DNA of 64,000 nt from Candidatus Limnocylindrales bacterium (GTDB lineage Bacteria; Chloroflexota; Limnocylindria; Limnocylindrales; CSP1-4), in NCBI GenBank assembly GCA_038327765.1, contig JBBQLI010000001.1, positions 54,072 through 118,071 of the forward strand. Direction: 5' to 3'. A model generated the notes under the pieces. It saw only the letters and a program-made list of their open reading frames with translations. It made no database searches and was not told the origin of the DNA. The first letter of the stretch is position 1; every line of letters starts with the position of its first letter. Position numbers and translations under genes: made by a program. Shown here one piece after another: positions 10,532-20,583 of this stretch.

Positions 10532-12820
10532 CTACGCAACCCGGCGGCGGGCGCGCAGGCGCAGCGAGTTCAACAGCACCGCCACCGACGACGACGCCAT
10601 GGCCCCTGCGGCAAGGGCCGGATCCAGCCTGATCCCGAACCATGGGTAGAGCGCACCCATGGCGACCGGGATGAGCAGGACGTTGTAGGCGAACGCCCAG
10701 AACAGGTTCTGACGGATCACCCGCATCGTGGCGCGCGACAGCTCGATCGCCCGTGCCACGGCCCGCGGATCGCCCCCGACCAGCGTGACGTCCGAGGCCT
10801 CGATCGCGACATCGGCGCCGGTCCCGATGGCAACACCAAGATCGGCCTGGGCGAGGGCGGGGGCGTCATTGAGGCCGTCGCCGACCATCGCCACCCGACG
10901 TCCCGCGGCCTGCAGCCGCTCGATCAGGGCGGTCTTGTCCGCCGGTCGCGCGTCGGCGACGACGTGGTCCGCCGTGATGCCGACCGCGCGCGCGACGACG
11001 GCGGCCGTCGTCACGCCATCCCCGGTGGCAAGCCAGACCTCGATGCCCTGCGCGACCAGCGCCTCGACAGCCGCGGCCGCCTCCGTCTTGAGCGGATCGA
11101 CGATGCCGAACAGCCCGATCGCGCGGCCGTCGACCGCGACGAAGGCGACCGTGCGCCCGTCCGTGCCGGTCGCGCGAGCCGCATCCGCGAGGTCCGTGAG
11201 GTCGATCCCCCGGTCGGTCAGCCAGCGGCCGCTGCCAACCAGCACGGTCCGCTCGCGCGTCTCGTCGCTGACGACGGCCTCCACGCCGCCGCCGGCCGTC
11301 GCCGCGAACCGCGTCGCCCGATGAAAGCCCAGTTCGTCGCGATTGGCGCGGATGACGATGGCGGCGCCCAGCGGATGCTCGCTGCCGCGTTCGGCGGCCC
11401 CGGCGAGGTCCAGCAGCGTGGCGGTCGTGACGCCGTCGACCGTCGCCACGGCATCCACCCTGGGCCGACCCAGCGTGAGCGTACCGGTCTTGTCGAGGAC
11501 GACCGTGTCGATGCGGTGGGCGATCTCGAGGGCCTCCCCTCCGCGGATGAGGATGCCGCTCTCCGCCCCGCGTCCGGTCCCCACCATGATCGCGGTGGGT
11601 GTCGCCAGACCCATGGCGCACGGACAGGCGATCACGAGGACCGCGATCGCGGCGACAAGGCCGTGTGTCAGGCGCGGCTCCGGTCCGAGCACCAGCCACG
11701 CCACGAGCGTCACGGCGGCCACGGCCAGGACCACCGGCACGAACACCTCGGCGATGCGGTCCGCCAGCCGCGCGATGGGCGCCTTCGACCCCTGGGCACG
11801 CTGGACGAGTGCCACGATCCGGGCGAGGGCCGTGTCGCGCCCGACCCGGGTCGCGCGCATGACGAAGGTCCCGGTCGTGTTCATGGTGGCGCCGATGACC
11901 TCGTCGCCGGGTCCCTTGACCGCCGGCAACGGCTCGCCGGTAAGGAGTGCCTCATCGACCGCGGAGGACCCCTCGATCACGACGCCGTCGACCGGGACCT
12001 TGTCGCCTGGCCGGACGCGCAGGAGGTCCCCGACGACGATGGCGTCGAGCGAGACCTCCATCTCCTCGTCGCCGACGACGCGCCGCGCCGAGGTGGCACC
12101 GAGCGCCGCGAGTCGCCGGATCGCCCCGGTGGTCCGGGACTTGGCGCGGTGTTCGAGGTAGCGTCCCAACAGGACCAGACCGATGATCAGGGTGGAGCTG
12201 TCGAAGTACGTGACGGGCTCAAGACCGGCCTCGCTGACGAGGTGCGGCGCCAGCGTGATCACCACGCTGTACCCCCAGGCCGCGGTCGTGCCGATGGTCA
12301 CGAGGGTATCCATCGTGCTGGTGCGGTGGCGCGCCGCGCGCCAGGTCGAGCGGTAGAACCGCCGACCGGCCCAAGCCTGGACGATCGTCGCCGGCATGAT
12401 GACCAGGAGGTTGCGCGACTCCATCGCAAACCCGGCGATGGGGAGGGCCATGACGGCCATGATCCCGGCCGCCACCACGATCGAGACGACGGATCTGACG
12501 AGGATCGCGCGGGCCTCGCGGTCGCGCGTGGCGTCCTCGCCGGACAGCTCCTCAAGGACCGTCTGGCGGGCGGCGCCCGAGGCCGGCGGAGCCGAGCGCA
12601 CGTCGTAGCCGGCCGCTTCGACCGCACCGACGAGCGCGGCTCGGTCGGTGGTCTCGGCCAGGTAGTGGATGGTTGCCTGCTCGGTCGCGAGATTGACGGT
12701 CGCGTCGACCACGCCCGGGGTCTTGCGCAAGAACCGTTCGATCCGGTTCACGCACGACGCGCAGGTCATCCCTTCGATGGGAAGGACGGCTTCGCTGGGT
12801 GTGGGCACGCTGGTCATCAT
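10532..12820 (-). CDS. copA: copper-translocating P1B-type ATPase
   Basis: N-terminal [15 protein letters not shown] domain, CPC, DKTGTLT, HP, and GDGxND motifs. The ATGATG start at 12820 gives 763 aa. The track's upstream extension is Arg/Pro low-complexity. Confidence 0.9.
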   Translation of the reverse strand: MMTSVPTPSEAVLPIEGMTCASCVNRIERFLRKTPGVVDATVNLATEQATIHYLAETTDRAALVGAVEAAGYDVRSAPPASGAARQTVLEELSGEDATRDREARAILVRSVVSIVVAAGIMAVMALPIAGFAMESRNLLVIMPATIVQAWAGRRFYRSTWRAARHRTSTMDTLVTIGTTAAWGYSVVITLAPHLVSEAGLEPVTYFDSSTLIIGLVLLGRYLEHRAKSRTTGAIRRLAALGATSARRVVGDEEMEVSLDAIVVGDLLRVRPGDKVPVDGVVIEGSSAVDEALLTGEPLPAVKGPGDEVIGATMNTTGTFVMRATRVGRDTALARIVALVQRAQGSKAPIARLADRIAEVFVPVVLAVAAVTLVAWLVLGPEPRLTHGLVAAIAVLVIACPCAMGLATPTAIMVGTGRGAESGILIRGGEALEIAHRIDTVVLDKTGTLTLGRPRVDAVATVDGVTTATLLDLAGAAERGSEHPLGAAIVIRANRDELGFHRATRFAATAGGGVEAVVSDETRERTVLVGSGRWLTDRGIDLTDLADAARATGTDGRTVAFVAVDGRAIGLFGIVDPLKTEAAAAVEALVAQGIEVWLATGDGVTTAAVVARAVGITADHVVADARPADKTALIERLQAAGRRVAMVGDGLNDAPALAQADLGVAIGTGADVAIEASDVTLVGGDPRAVARAIELSRATMRVIRQNLFWAFAYNVLLIPVAMGALYPWFGIRLDPALAAGAMASSSVAVLLNSLRLRARRRVA

Positions 12821-12835
12821 ACTCCCAGGGAGTAT
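12819..12835. promoter_or_regulatory. perfect 17-bp palindrome ATACTCCC-A-GGGAGTAT overlapping the copA RBS and start codon; candidate metal-repressor operator
   Basis: Read directly. Its GGGAG also serves as the copA Shine-Dalgarno. A near-identical palindrome occurs at 44046-44060. Confidence 0.5.
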
Positions 12836-12927
12836 AGCACCCGGTCCTCGGGCGTCCGCCCGGACGAGGCCCGAGCACCAGGGTCCGTGGCCGGACCGGT
12901 CGTCCCGCGGCGAGGCACACTGTCGCG

Positions 12928-13512
12928 GTGACGACCGACAGCCGACGCGGCGCCCTGATCCGGACGATCGCCGGGCCGGATGGGCCCATCCATCTCGGGG
13001 CGTCCGACGCGGGGATCGTGGCCGTGGAACAGGCGAGCGAACGGGACAGATTCGCTGACGGGCTCGCACGGCGGCTCCGGGCTCCGACCGAGGCGGACCA
13101 CGACGCCCCGACCGACGACCCTCGCCGTGGCCACCTCGACCGTGCACAGCGGATCCTCGGCGACCTGCTGGCGGGCCGACCGGCGGCCGCCACCGTCCCT
13201 ATCGACCTCGCCGATCGACCCGAGTGGGATCAGCGCGTCCTGGTCGCGGTCAGCGACATCGGCTGGGGCGAGACCGCGAGCTACGGGGAGATCGCCCGAC
13301 GGATCGGAGCAGCGGGTGCCGCCCGTGCCGTCGGCGGCGCACTCGGCCGGAACCCCGTGACGCTGCTCATCCCGTGCCACCGCGTGATCGCCGCGGATGG
13401 CACGATCGGGGGCTACGGCGGTGACGCGTGGGGGTCGCGCGAACGCGCGCTTCAGCGCAAGCGGACCCTCCTCCATCGCGAAGGCGTCACCGTTGCCGTC
13501 CGGGCCGGATAG
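12928..13512 (+). CDS. ogt: methylated-DNA-protein-cysteine methyltransferase
   Basis: PCHRVI active-site motif and C-terminal HTH. GTG start. Confidence 0.85.
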   Translation: MTTDSRRGALIRTIAGPDGPIHLGASDAGIVAVEQASERDRFADGLARRLRAPTEADHDAPTDDPRRGHLDRAQRILGDLLAGRPAAATVPIDLADRPEWDQRVLVAVSDIGWGETASYGEIARRIGAAGAARAVGGALGRNPVTLLIPCHRVIAADGTIGGYGGDAWGSRERALQRKRTLLHREGVTVAVRAG

Positions 13513-13552
13513 ACTCCGCGCGAACCCGTCGCCGCCCTTGCTGGAGGCATGA

Positions 13553-15391
13553 TTGACCGCCGCGATCGCGCCCGCCCCGTCGATGTTCGCGGTCTTCCGT
13601 CGGCGCGATTTCTCGCTGCTGTGGATCGCCCAGCTCGTCTCGACGGCAGGCTCGGCGCTGACCGATCTGGCGGCCGGCATCTACGTCTACCGCGTGACCG
13701 GCTCCGCGCTGGCTGTCGGCCTGACGCTCATGGCCACCGCTGTCCCGAGCCTCATCGTCGGTCTCCTGGCGGGGGTCTACGTGGATCGCCACGACCGACA
13801 GCGGATCATGATCGGGACCAACGTGGTCCAGGCGGTGGTCGTCGGCCTGATCGCTGTGGTGCTGGGCATCCAGGGGCTCGCGCTGCCTGGTCTGTACCTG
13901 CTGATCTTGCTCAACGCGGGCGTGAAGCAGTTCTTCGACCCGGCGCATGACAGCCTGATCCCCGAGATGGCCAGCGACGAGGAGCTGGGCGCGGCCAACG
14001 CGTTCCTGTCCATCGCAGCCTTCGGGTCGACCGCGATCGGGTTCGCCGGCGCCGGTCTCCTCGCCAGCACGATCGGGCTGACGTGGGCCTTCATCATCGA
14101 TGCCGCGACCTTCGTCTTCTCGGCCGGCTGCATCCTCGTGATGCGCAAGATCGAGATGCCGGCTCCGGAGGAGGACGCGAGCGTCGCGGTCATCGTGGCG
14201 AATCTGAAGTCGGGCGTCTCGACGCTGTTCGGCACGCCGGTCATCCGCTCGCTGTTCTTCGTGGGCGCCTTCATGTTCGTGGCGTTCGGGCTGTGGAACG
14301 TGCTGCTCCTGCCGTTCTCGATCCGCGTCCTCGGCGCCACGGAGTTCGAATACGGTCTCCAGGAAGGCCTCACTTCGGTCGGGTTCGTGGTCGGCTCGCT
14401 GCTGATGGCACGGTTCTCGGGTCGCCTGCCCGAGCCGGCGTGGATCGTCGTCTCGATGGTAGGGATGGGCATCGCCGGCCTCGGCTACGCCACGTCGACC
14501 AGCGTCCCGTTCGCGATCCTCCTGGTGACCCTCAGCGGACTCCTCCAGCCACCGTCGTCGGTCTCGCGCTCGGTCCTGCTCCAGCGCAACACGCCCCGCG
14601 AGATGCGCGGGCGGGTCTTCTCGGCGTTTTCCGTCATGCGCGACGTGATCTTCCTGATCGGGATGGCCGGCGCCGGCCTTGCCGACATCATCGATATCCG
14701 CCTCCTGATCGTGGTGGCGTCGTGCCTGCTCTTCGTCTCGGCCGGGATCACGCTTGTGGCGCCCGGATTGCGGGTCTCGACCTGGGGCGCAGCCGCAGGT
14801 CGGTTGCGTGCCGCGGCGGCGGGCAGTGCCGGCATGTCTGGCGTGCCGCTCCGCGCCGCGACCCTCGGCGACTTCGATCGGCTCGTGGGTCGCCTGGCGA
14901 CCTTCGCGAAGCTGTCACCGGCACAGCGCTCGGCATTCGTCGGGGCCGCGACCGTCCGCGACGTCCCGGAGGGGACACGGATCGTGGAACACGGCGAGGT
15001 CGCCTCGAACGCGTACTTCGTGCTGGACGGCTCGGCGACGGCGGGCATCCCCGAGGAAAGCGGCTATCGCGGGCTCTCGACGATGGGCCCGGGCGACTTC
15101 TTCGGCGAGATCGCGGCTCTGACCGGGTCCACACGGACCGCGGATGTCGTCGCCGACACGGACTCGGTCCTCATGGAGGTCCCGGCCGATTCGCTCCGCG
15201 CCACCATGTCCGTCCCCGAGATCCAGCGGCTCGTCCTCTCGACGCTCAGCTCGCGGCTGATCCGGACGGAGTCCGCCGACCTGCCGCGTCTCGCCGGCGT
15301 CGACCAGGACGACCTGCGCGACCTGCGCACGCCACGACCGGCCGTCACAGCCCTCCCGGCCGCGGACGAGGATGCGGTGTCACCAAGCTGA
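13553..15391 (+). CDS. MFS transporter fused to a C-terminal cyclic nucleotide-binding (CAP_ED) domain
   Basis: About 12 TM segments followed by GEVASNAYFVLDGS...GPGDFFGEIAAL, a cNMP-binding beta-roll. TTG start 6 nt after GGAGG. Confidence 0.8.
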   Translation: MTAAIAPAPSMFAVFRRRDFSLLWIAQLVSTAGSALTDLAAGIYVYRVTGSALAVGLTLMATAVPSLIVGLLAGVYVDRHDRQRIMIGTNVVQAVVVGLIAVVLGIQGLALPGLYLLILLNAGVKQFFDPAHDSLIPEMASDEELGAANAFLSIAAFGSTAIGFAGAGLLASTIGLTWAFIIDAATFVFSAGCILVMRKIEMPAPEEDASVAVIVANLKSGVSTLFGTPVIRSLFFVGAFMFVAFGLWNVLLLPFSIRVLGATEFEYGLQEGLTSVGFVVGSLLMARFSGRLPEPAWIVVSMVGMGIAGLGYATSTSVPFAILLVTLSGLLQPPSSVSRSVLLQRNTPREMRGRVFSAFSVMRDVIFLIGMAGAGLADIIDIRLLIVVASCLLFVSAGITLVAPGLRVSTWGAAAGRLRAAAAGSAGMSGVPLRAATLGDFDRLVGRLATFAKLSPAQRSAFVGAATVRDVPEGTRIVEHGEVASNAYFVLDGSATAGIPEESGYRGLSTMGPGDFFGEIAALTGSTRTADVVADTDSVLMEVPADSLRATMSVPEIQRLVLSTLSSRLIRTESADLPRLAGVDQDDLRDLRTPRPAVTALPAADEDAVSPS

Positions 15392-15493
15392 CAGGCTCGC
15401 GGTCGCACGTCGACTCGTCGCAGGTCACGGCGATGGCGTAGGGTGCACCCAACGACCGGTCCACACCACCCCGGTCAGGAGAGGTACCGCGAG

Positions 15494-15697
15494 ATGCAGA
15501 AGAAGATCCAGCTTCCCAAGGAGCAGCTCATCGATCCCGAGGAGGCGGCCAGACGCCTCATCGACGAGAACGATGTCGAGGGTCACGGGGTGCCGAGCGA
15601 CATGTCGCTCGAGTCGCTCTCGCGTCGTCTGCCGTCGACCGGCGGGGAATTCCTCGACGAGGACGACCAGAGCCCGAACGGAGTCCGCTCCCGCTGA
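15494..15697 (+). CDS. small acidic protein, hypothetical (67 aa)
   Basis: ATG with AGGAGA about 9 nt upstream. Highly acidic; no recognisable domain. Confidence 0.35.
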   Translation: MQKKIQLPKEQLIDPEEAARRLIDENDVEGHGVPSDMSLESLSRRLPSTGGEFLDEDDQSPNGVRSR

Positions 15698-15761
15698 GCG
15701 CACCGCGCGCCCATCCCCTGACGACCGCCCGGTCCTGGCCGGGCGGTCGATCCATGCCCGC

Positions 15762-16607
15762 TCAGGCGGGCGTCTCGCGCGGATCGGCCTCCTCGTTCGC
15801 GGTGGCGGCGAGCAGGCTCTTGATCTCGAACGGGCTGGCGTCCGGGTAGCGTGCTCGAAGCAGCGCGGCATAGCCAGCGAGATGCGGAGCGGCGAACGAG
15901 TTGCCGGTCGCCCGGATGCGCGTCCCGCCTCGCCACGCGACGTCGACGTCGACCCCGTGCGCGCCGAATTCCACCGGCGGGGACGGGTTGTAGAACCAGA
16001 CGGTCGGGTCGCCGACATCGTGCGCGGCGGTCGAGATGACCGTGGCGAACAGGGACGGGTACGACGGGCCCGGGACGTTGTTGGCGGCACTCACGAGGAG
16101 GGTGTTCGCGAAGTAGGCCTGGTCGGCGACCTCGTGGAAGAGTCCATGCAATGCGTCGCTCCGCGACGAGAGACTCAGGTTGACCACCCCGATCCCCTGT
16201 CCGATCACCCACTCCAGCGCGGCCAGGAACGCCAGGCCCTGACCGCGATTGTCCGGACCCAGGACCCGGATCGAGACGAGGGACGCGCCTGGCGCGATCG
16301 CATGGATGATCCCCGCGCAGGCGGTCCCGTGACCCACGACATCCACACGCGTCGGGTCGTCGACCACCACCGCCGCGTCGCCGTCGATGGTCACGTGCAC
16401 GCTGCGGCTGAGCCGTCCGCCGACCGCCGGATGGTCGCCCTCCACCCCGGAATCGATGATGGCCACGGTCACGCCGCGCCCATCACTCGCCCCGAAGACG
16501 GTGTCGCGATCGAGGCGTCCGAACGGCCGGTCGCGGGTCAGCCCCGTGCGACCGCCGGATGCGAACGGTTCACTCCATGCGGGGAGCGACAGACGCGATC
16601 CGGTCAT
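15762..16607 (-). CDS. S8 family subtilisin-like serine peptidase without signal peptide or propeptide
   Basis: Catalytic triad context IIDSGV (Asp), HGTACAG (His), GNSFAAPHLAG (Ser). ATG at 16607 overlaps the stop of the GAF gene (ATGA). 281 aa. Confidence 0.8.
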   Translation of the reverse strand: MTGSRLSLPAWSEPFASGGRTGLTRDRPFGRLDRDTVFGASDGRGVTVAIIDSGVEGDHPAVGGRLSRSVHVTIDGDAAVVVDDPTRVDVVGHGTACAGIIHAIAPGASLVSIRVLGPDNRGQGLAFLAALEWVIGQGIGVVNLSLSSRSDALHGLFHEVADQAYFANTLLVSAANNVPGPSYPSLFATVISTAAHDVGDPTVWFYNPSPPVEFGAHGVDVDVAWRGGTRIRATGNSFAAPHLAGYAALLRARYPDASPFEIKSLLAATANEEADPRETPA

Positions 16608-17395
16608 GATCCGGGTGGCCGGCGGAGCCCCCGTCGTACGGTCCGCCGCAGCACCGCGTCGAGGACATCCACGACCAGGTCGGCGTCGTCGCCATCGATG
16701 GCGTGGAGGCGGGCGAGCCGATCGGCGATCCGCCACACGGGCGAGCCATCGGGCGTCCCGCTGCCACTCGCTGCCGAGACGAGGTCGTCGATGGCCGCCT
16801 CGTCAAGCGAGCCGGGTGCGGCCGCCGCGACAGCGAGCAGGGCATCGCGCAGGAGACGCGCACCGTCGCGCTCGAGACGGGTCGCCCCGATCGCGACGCT
16901 GGCCTGGCGTGCGAAGACCGTGGCGAGTTCGATATCGCGCAGCCCGAAGCTGGTCCCGTCGGTCCGGTCGAGGACCTCGAGGACGCCCAGGATGCCGGCA
17001 TCGTCGACGAGCGGGACGGCCAGGAGCGAGCGCGGGACGTAGCCGGTCTGCGTGGCGGCGTCGCGTCCGAACCGTGCATCGGCGGCGACGTCTGCGATGG
17101 CCAGGGGCGCACCGGTCGCGAACACATAGCCGGCCACGCCGTCGCCCGGCGCGATCGACAGTCCGATCACGCCCTGGCCGCGCTCGCCGGCCGCGACCCG
17201 GAAGACCAGCCGATCGGTGGTCGGGTCGTAGAGCGCCAGTGAGGCGGCCTCGGCGGCGAACATCGCGACGGTGGCCTCCACGATGCTGTGCAGCACCGCC
17301 TCGCCGCCCGGTGACTCCAGGCGACTGGCGGCGTCGATCCGGCTCGCGACGGCGGCGAGCGCGGCGAGACTCGCGTCGCGTGTCTGGTCGTTCAT
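16604..17395 (-). CDS. GAF domain protein
   Basis: 263 aa. N-terminal GAF fold pattern (VAGYVFATGAPLAIADV...LAVPL) plus a roughly 100-aa C-terminal region. ATGA overlaps with both crp (upstream) and the S8 peptidase (downstream). Confidence 0.75.
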   Translation of the reverse strand: MNDQTRDASLAALAAVASRIDAASRLESPGGEAVLHSIVEATVAMFAAEAASLALYDPTTDRLVFRVAAGERGQGVIGLSIAPGDGVAGYVFATGAPLAIADVAADARFGRDAATQTGYVPRSLLAVPLVDDAGILGVLEVLDRTDGTSFGLRDIELATVFARQASVAIGATRLERDGARLLRDALLAVAAAAPGSLDEAAIDDLVSAASGSGTPDGSPVWRIADRLARLHAIDGDDADLVVDVLDAVLRRTVRRGLRRPPGS

Positions 17396-18114
17396 CGGCG
17401 CACGGTCCCGGCCAGTCGCAGCGGATCGGGGATCACGAGCACCTCGCCCTCGAACCTGAGGAGGTCGGCCGCGACCAGGTCGGCCAGGAGCCGGTTCACC
17501 GACTGGCGGGAGCCGCCGATCATCCCGGCCAGCTCTGCCTGGGTATATGGCCAGGACAGCCGGACTTCGGCGGTCGACGGCCCGACCGTATCGGCGCCGA
17601 TCATCCGCAGGAGGTGATTGGCGAGGCGGCCCGGGAGATCGAAGAAGTGCAGATCTTCGACCTGTCCGGTCAGGCGCCGGATCTCACCGGCAAGGGTGGC
17701 CAGGAGGACTCGACGCATGCCTGGCTCGGTATCGAGCAGACGGTCGAACGCATCACGCCGCAGGATCAGGGTCAGCGACGGTTCGAGCGCCTCGGCCGTC
17801 GCGGACCGCGGCGCATCGTCGAGCAGGGCCAGCTCCCCGAAGAACCCGCCTGGGCCGATCGTGGTCAGGATGGCCGCCTCCGAGCCGTCGCTTGCCGGCA
17901 GAAGGATCTTGACGGCACCGCTGACCACGACGAACAACGCATCGCCGGCGTCTCCTGCGTGGAAGAGGACCTCTCCCCGGCGTGACCGCCGTTGACGCAT
18001 CGCCTCCACACAACGGTCGAGCGACCGCTCATCGATGTCCGCGAACAGGCGACAGGCGCGGAGCGCGTCGTGCCCGATGGTGCGGTCGAAGGCGGTCAGG
18101 ACCATGCCCGCCAT
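17392..18114 (-). CDS. crp: Crp/Fnr family transcriptional regulator
   Basis: cNMP-binding domain (GPGGFFGELALL) followed by a C-terminal HTH (TQAELAGMIGGSRQSVNRLL). Confidence 0.85.
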   Translation of the reverse strand: MAGMVLTAFDRTIGHDALRACRLFADIDERSLDRCVEAMRQRRSRRGEVLFHAGDAGDALFVVVSGAVKILLPASDGSEAAILTTIGPGGFFGELALLDDAPRSATAEALEPSLTLILRRDAFDRLLDTEPGMRRVLLATLAGEIRRLTGQVEDLHFFDLPGRLANHLLRMIGADTVGPSTAEVRLSWPYTQAELAGMIGGSRQSVNRLLADLVAADLLRFEGEVLVIPDPLRLAGTVRR

Positions 18115-18149
18115 CGTAACAACCGGCGCGTTCGCGCCGATCGGGTGCG

Positions 18150-18446
18150 CTACGGGCGAGGCACCGGGCGCATGGGATAGACGCCCACCACGATCGGCGT
18201 CCGGGGATCGAGCGAGAGCTCATAGCCGATCTCGCCCGCACGCAGCAGCTCACCCAGCAGCGCGCCTTCGCGGGCCGGCAATCCGACGAAGATGTGGCCT
18301 GGATCGAGGACGACCTCGTGGACGTCATCATCCTCGCCGGTGATCGCGAACCGGCGGCGCAGTTCGTGCATCGGCACATACGGGCGACTCTTGATGAAGC
18401 GCCGAAGCTGCGGGGCGGTACACGGGGAGCTGTGATCGGGGCCCAT
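18150..18446 (-). CDS. hypothetical protein (conserved-looking C-terminal about 98 aa of a longer low-complexity ORF)
   Basis: The track ORF 18150..19163 has a 240-aa Pro/Ala/Arg-rich N-terminal part that overlaps the 3' end of the downstream peptidase gene, so only the C-terminal segment from ATG 18446 is called. Confidence 0.3.
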   Translation of the reverse strand: MGPDHSSPCTAPQLRRFIKSRPYVPMHELRRRFAITGEDDDVHEVVLDPGHIFVGLPAREGALLGELLRAGEIGYELSLDPRTPIVVGVYPMRPVPRP

Positions 18447-19096
18447 GGGGCGCGACCCTGCGTTCTGGACGTGGGCCGGACCAGGCCCGTTCGGAGGCGC
18501 GCCGAACGGTGCCCCCGGCCCGCGCGCCGTGGCTGGCAGCGGCCGTTGGCCAGAAGCGTGGTCAAGGCCGGCGCCGGCGATCGCGCGATCCGCATGCGCT
18601 TCGGAGCCGGCCGCGGAGCCTTGGTCGTCCGCCCGATCCGAGGCGGATGGTGTCGTGACGGGGACCACGGGGGCGACAGGATCGGCGTGGAGAGGTTCGA
18701 TCGGCCGGGCGGCCGCGCTGAGCGGCTCGGGGTCAGCACGACGCTCCTCGCGCTCGGCTGGCGCGCCGATCGGCCGACCCGCCGACGACGCTGCGGGCGC
18801 GGGTCGTGGACTCGCGCTGTGCTCGATCGCGTCGTCGCGCTCGGAGCCCGCGGCACGGACGGGTCGCGGCTCCGCGGGCGACCCAGGTCGGGCCCCCTCG
18901 TGCCGGGCGCGCTCGTGATGCGCACGGCCGTGGCGCCGGCTCATCGGCCGACGTCCCCGGGAAGGGCATCCCGAGTGGTTCGAGCGCCGCAGGAACGGCG
19001 CGACAACAGGCTGGTCATGAGGCTCTCGGACGAAATGCGGCGACGCGGTCGGCGTCCACCCGCTGGCCGATGATACCGCACGGTCCCGTGGACCCC

Positions 19097-20248
19097 TCAG
19101 CCGTCGACGATGAGCAGGTCGCGCGGCGCCTCGTTGAGGACGTCGGGGCCGGTCCGCCCGCACACGACGATGTCCTCGATGCGTGCGCCGTACTCGCCGA
19201 CGAGATAGATGCCCGGCTCCACCGAGAATGCCATCCCGGTCTCGAGCGGGAGCCCGTTCCCTGCGATGAGATAGGGATCCTCGTGGCCCTCGAGTCCGAT
19301 CCCGTGGCCGGTCCTGTGGAAGAACGCCGCACCGTAGCCAGCCGCATCGATGGGCACGCGTGCCGCCGCGTCGATGGACTCGCAGGCGACACCGGGATGG
19401 ACCGCCACGGTGGCGCTCGCCTGGGCGGACTGGAGGACCGCGAAGAGGTGGCGGAACCGCTCATCGGGACCCTTCGCCGGGTCGCCGCCGGTCACCCACA
19501 GCACGCGCGTGATGTCCGACCCGTAGCCGGACAGCGTCCCGCCGATGTCCAGCACGATGGGCTCGCCCGCCTGGATGACGCGATCGGACGCATCGTGATG
19601 CGGCGACGCGGAGTTCGGCCCCGAGCCGACGATCGCAAAACGGGCGTCCTGATGGCCTTCGGCGATGAGCCGCTCGCAGACGTCGCGGGAGACGTCAGCC
19701 TCGGTCCGTCCGATGAGCGCGCCCGCGGCGATCTGGGCGACGACTCGGTCGGCGGCGTGGGCCGCGAGTCGAAGGAGCGCGATCTCGTCGGGATCCTTCA
19801 CCATCCGCAGGTCGCGCAGGACGGTCGACAGGACATCCACGCGCGCCCCCGGTCCGAGCGCAGGCTGGATGCGCAGCAGGTGGCTGGCCCACAGGGAATC
19901 CGAGACTGCGACGCGGGTCGTCTCCCCGCTGGGGGCGACGCCGGCCACGACGAGCGCGTACGGGTCGTCGCTCTCGTCCCAGGTCCGGATCTCGAGGGGC
20001 GTGTGGAGGCCAGCCTCGGCGGCACTCCGCTCCAGCCGCGGGACCACGAGGAAGGGCGGGGCGCTGGCAGGGAGGACCAGCATCGTGAGGCGCTCGAGCG
20101 CCATCGCTTCGTAGCCGGTCAGGTAGCGCAGGTCCGGACCCACCCCGACCAGCAGGGCGTCGACCTCGTGTGCGCTGGCCGCGGCAGCGGCCCGCTCCAA
20201 CCGCTCGAGATAGCGCGATCCCGGGATGACCGGCAGGGTCGCGCTCAT
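19097..20248 (-). CDS. M24 family Xaa-Pro aminopeptidase/creatinase-like metallopeptidase
   Basis: 383 aa with the pita-bread fold and HRTGHGIGLEGHE plus GMAFSVEPGIY metal-ligand motifs. Confidence 0.85.
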   Translation of the reverse strand: MSATLPVIPGSRYLERLERAAAAASAHEVDALLVGVGPDLRYLTGYEAMALERLTMLVLPASAPPFLVVPRLERSAAEAGLHTPLEIRTWDESDDPYALVVAGVAPSGETTRVAVSDSLWASHLLRIQPALGPGARVDVLSTVLRDLRMVKDPDEIALLRLAAHAADRVVAQIAAGALIGRTEADVSRDVCERLIAEGHQDARFAIVGSGPNSASPHHDASDRVIQAGEPIVLDIGGTLSGYGSDITRVLWVTGGDPAKGPDERFRHLFAVLQSAQASATVAVHPGVACESIDAAARVPIDAAGYGAAFFHRTGHGIGLEGHEDPYLIAGNGLPLETGMAFSVEPGIYLVGEYGARIEDIVVCGRTGPDVLNEAPRDLLIVDG

Positions 20249-20583
20249 GACGCCAGCCAGCGTGCGACCGTCGCGGGACCGTCCTCGAAGAGCTTGCGAT
20301 ATGCCAGGACCCGATCCGCGCCGGCGGCCAGGATCCGCTTGCGTTCGAGCGGATCGTCGTGCTGGCCGACTGCCAGGACGCGTGTTCCCGCGGCGACCGC
20401 CCGACCGACCACCTCGTCGGGGTCGTAGATGAGCGCGGTCAGATCGACGATGAGGAATGGCGTTGACGGCAGGTCAGCCGATGAACGGACCGCGACCGGC
20501 TCGGCCGACGCGCCGAGGACCGCACGGCGCAATCGATCCTGCCAGATGAGATCCTGCGCGAGGATGGCGACCTGGGTCGTCAA
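20245..20583 (-). CDS. receiver-like (single-domain response-regulator-like) hypothetical protein
   Basis: 112 aa. FLIVDL (phospho-acceptor-like Asp) and VLAVGQHDDP...AGADRVLAY resemble REC domain elements. ATGA overlaps on both sides. Confidence 0.4.
   Translation of the reverse strand: MTTQVAILAQDLIWQDRLRRAVLGASAEPVAVRSSADLPSTPFLIVDLTALIYDPDEVVGRAVAAGTRVLAVGQHDDPLERKRILAAGADRVLAYRKLFEDGPATVARWLAS

Noticed and set aside
12841-12875. Imperfect inverted repeat CCTCGGGCGTCCG/CGGACGAGGCC between copA and ogt
   Set aside because: Arms do not pair cleanly. Likely a chance GC-rich near-repeat.
10391-12931. 846-aa plus-strand ORF antisense to copA
   Set aside because: Antisense to a strongly supported P-type ATPase. 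Translation is Arg/Asp/Gly-rich with no motifs.
15372-17042. 556-aa plus-strand ORF over the S8/GAF genes, and other long antisense ORFs (18806..20428, 26799..29186, 38703..40976, 60590..61954)
   Set aside because: All are antisense to genes with clear family motifs and show low-complexity composition. These are high-GC open-frame artefacts.
18447-19163. N-terminal 240 aa of the 337-aa ORF upstream of crp
   Set aside because: Pro/Ala/Arg/Ser low-complexity, and it overlaps the 3' end of the M24 peptidase gene by 66 nt. Probably not translated; only the C-terminal segment was called, with low confidence.
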